Of a stretch of DNA of 64,000 bases, positions 62,102 through 64,000 are shown one piece after another. The DNA comes from Alphaproteobacteria bacterium (GTDB lineage Bacteria > Pseudomonadota > Alphaproteobacteria > MPNO01 > UBA830). The stretch lies in NCBI GenBank assembly GCA_964291215.2, contig OZ219790.1:512001-576000 (forward strand), in the 5' to 3' direction. Every line of letters starts with the position of its first letter. Position 1 is the stretch's first letter. The notes below the pieces were generated by a model that was not told where the DNA came from, ran no database searches, and worked only from the letters and a program-made list of their open reading frames with translations. The position numbers and the translations under genes were made by a program.

Positions 62102-64000
62102 GTCGATGATGCCGGAGCGCAGGTGCCCCGGATACGGGAGTGAGCAATGCTATCCATCCATCAGACGTTGATGGCTTCAATGAGGCCGGGGCACAAGCGC
62201 CCCGGATACTTTGATCGTGTGGGCAAGCCGGCGCCGGCTTGGACCGAGCTTCAATGAGGCCGGGGCGCAAGCGCCCCGGATACGAGCGGGTCGTGAAGAA
62301 GCCAGGGTTTGCGTGCGGGCGCGCTTCAATGAGGCCGGGGCGCAAGCGCCCCGGATACTTCAAAACTGTACTGAATGCCTGGCGCGAATTGGGTGCTTCA
62401 ATGAGGCCGGGGCGCAAGCGCCCCGGATACAGCCGGCGGCGCGGTGGGGAGAGCCAAGGATGGAGCAGAGCTTCAATGAGGCCGGGGCGCAAGCGCCCCG
62501 GATACAAGGGCTGCTGGATCGTGAGCCGCTGTGCCGATCGTGGCTTCAATGAGGCCGGGGCGCAAGCGCCCCGGATACCGCGGCAGGAGTTGACGCGGCT
62601 CACCGCGATGTCCCCGCTTCAATGAGGCCGGGGCGCAAGCGCCCCGGATACCCGGGAATGCCTGGACGGAGGCGGGCGGGAGCGCCACGCTTCAATGAGG
62701 CCGGGGCGCAAGCGCCCCGGATACAAGGGCCAGCCGTCAACCCCCACCGGAATCCTGCGCCCGCTTCAATGAGGCCGGGGCGCAAGCGCCCCGGATACGT
62801 TTTCGTCGTTCAGCGTATGGTGGCGAAGTCATGATGCTTCAATGAGGCCGGGGCGCAAGCGCCCCGGATACGACACCGCCACCCGCACCCCCGCCGACGT
62901 GCTGCGGGCTTCAATGAGGCCGGGGCGCAAGCGCCCCGGATACAAACCCCGTTGATTTCGACGTTGTACCCGGCCCACGCGCTTCAATGAGGCCGGGGCG
63001 CAAGCGCCCCGGATACGTATTGGGCACGGGTCCGGAGGGCGACGCGTGGCTGAGCTTCAATGAGGCCGGGGCGCAAGCGCCCCGGATACGTCGGCGTCCG
63101 GGTAGTCGGCCGCGGTCAGTTCCGGGCTTCAATGAGGCCGGGGCGCAAGCGCCCCGGATACCTGGCCGACGACCAGGGTCTTGACGTTGTCGGCCGCTCG
63201 CTTCAATGAGGCCGGGGCGCAAGCGCCCCGGATACCACGAAAATCCGCAATTTCATGGCGCCCCCCCCCCTCGCTTCAATGAGGCCGGGGCGCAAGCGCC
63301 CCGGATACCGATCCGGTCATAGATCAATCGCGATTGATAGCTCGCGCTTCAATGAGGCCGGGGCGCAAGCGCCCCGGATACGGCCCAAGTCCTGGGGCTG
63401 TCGGCGTACAGGACGTACGCTTCAATGAGGCCGGGGCGCAAGCGCCCCGGATACCGCGCAGAACATGCAGGCGGCGGTCACGTTTGCCATGCTTCAATGA
63501 GGCCGGGGCGCAAGCGCCCCGGATACGAGGGGCGGTCGGTAGACGGCGCGGAGCGGGAGCTTGCTTCAATGAGGCCGGGGCGCAAGCGCCCCGGATACGC
63601 ACGTTATCGACCTTGGGGAAAGCAGGGATGTTTCGGGCTTCAATGAGGCCGGGGCGCAAGCGCCCCGGATACCGATCGCCGGCGCGGTATCAGAGCCTTC
63701 GATGCCGTGGCTTCAATGAGGCCGGGGCGCAAGCGCCCCGGATACTCTGTAATGGCGCACTCGGGTTGTCCGAAGAGGCGCCGCTTCAATGAGGCCGGGG
63801 CGCAAGCGCCCCGGATACATCGTTGGTGGCAGGACGCTCCTCTCAGGATCTACAACGCTTCAATGAGGCCGGGGCGCAAGCGCCCCGGATACGCGGCCGT
63901 CTGGCCCGCTAACACCCCGTCGATCTCGGTGCTTCAATGAGGCCGGGGCGCAAGCGCCCCGGATACAATGCAGATCACGTACGCATCGTCGGCGCTGATC
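62102..64000 (-). CRISPR. CRISPR array with a type I-G (I-U)-like repeat, continuing beyond the window
   Basis: 36-bp repeat GTATCCGGGGCGCTTGCGCCCCGGCCTCATTGAAGC (minus strand). 25 full copies from 62174 to 63966, plus a degenerate terminal copy at about 62102-62136. Spacers are roughly 35-39 bp. No cas genes in the window. Confidence 0.98.

Noticed and set aside
61983-63940. ORFs over the CRISPR array
   Set aside because: Translations of repeats and spacers.
62137-64000. Self-targeting spacers
   Set aside because: No match within the window was noticed by eye. An alignment is needed to exclude this properly.

Overview
GC-rich bacterial window, probably alphaproteobacterial (Rhizobiales/Rhodobacterales-like pyrE, two TRAP systems). 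A host-associated lifestyle is inferred from the IS load but not shown. Intact metabolic blocks alternate with nested stacks of decayed mobile DNA. The metabolic blocks are: a Rieske oxygenase pair, glnS, pyrK-pyrD(1B)-carbamoylase-pyrE, an IclR/cyclase/cupin/SDR cluster, two TRAP transporters, and a CoA-transferase/triple-SDR/UbiD cluster facing a NicX-like catabolic cluster. The mobile DNA is: several IS66, IS630, two IS30, IS4/IS50, two IS256, an IS21 fragment, a MITE, and an antisense group II intron. A type I-G/I-U-like CRISPR array (25 full repeats) runs off the right end. Main findings: (1) nearly every mobile element is riddled with short deletions at 2-5 nt direct repeats, while IRs and TSDs persist; (2) a hidden UGA-recoded SelW/Rdx selenoprotein with a SECIS-like hairpin; (3) an Rpn gene with an internal RBS+ATG for a nested antitoxin; (4) DUF4338 (DruA-like) and DNA-methylase passengers carried by IS elements; (5) toxin genes broken while partner genes stay intact; (6) a 25-bp loop inverted between two IS30 copies. 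All family calls come from motif recognition by eye, not from database searches.
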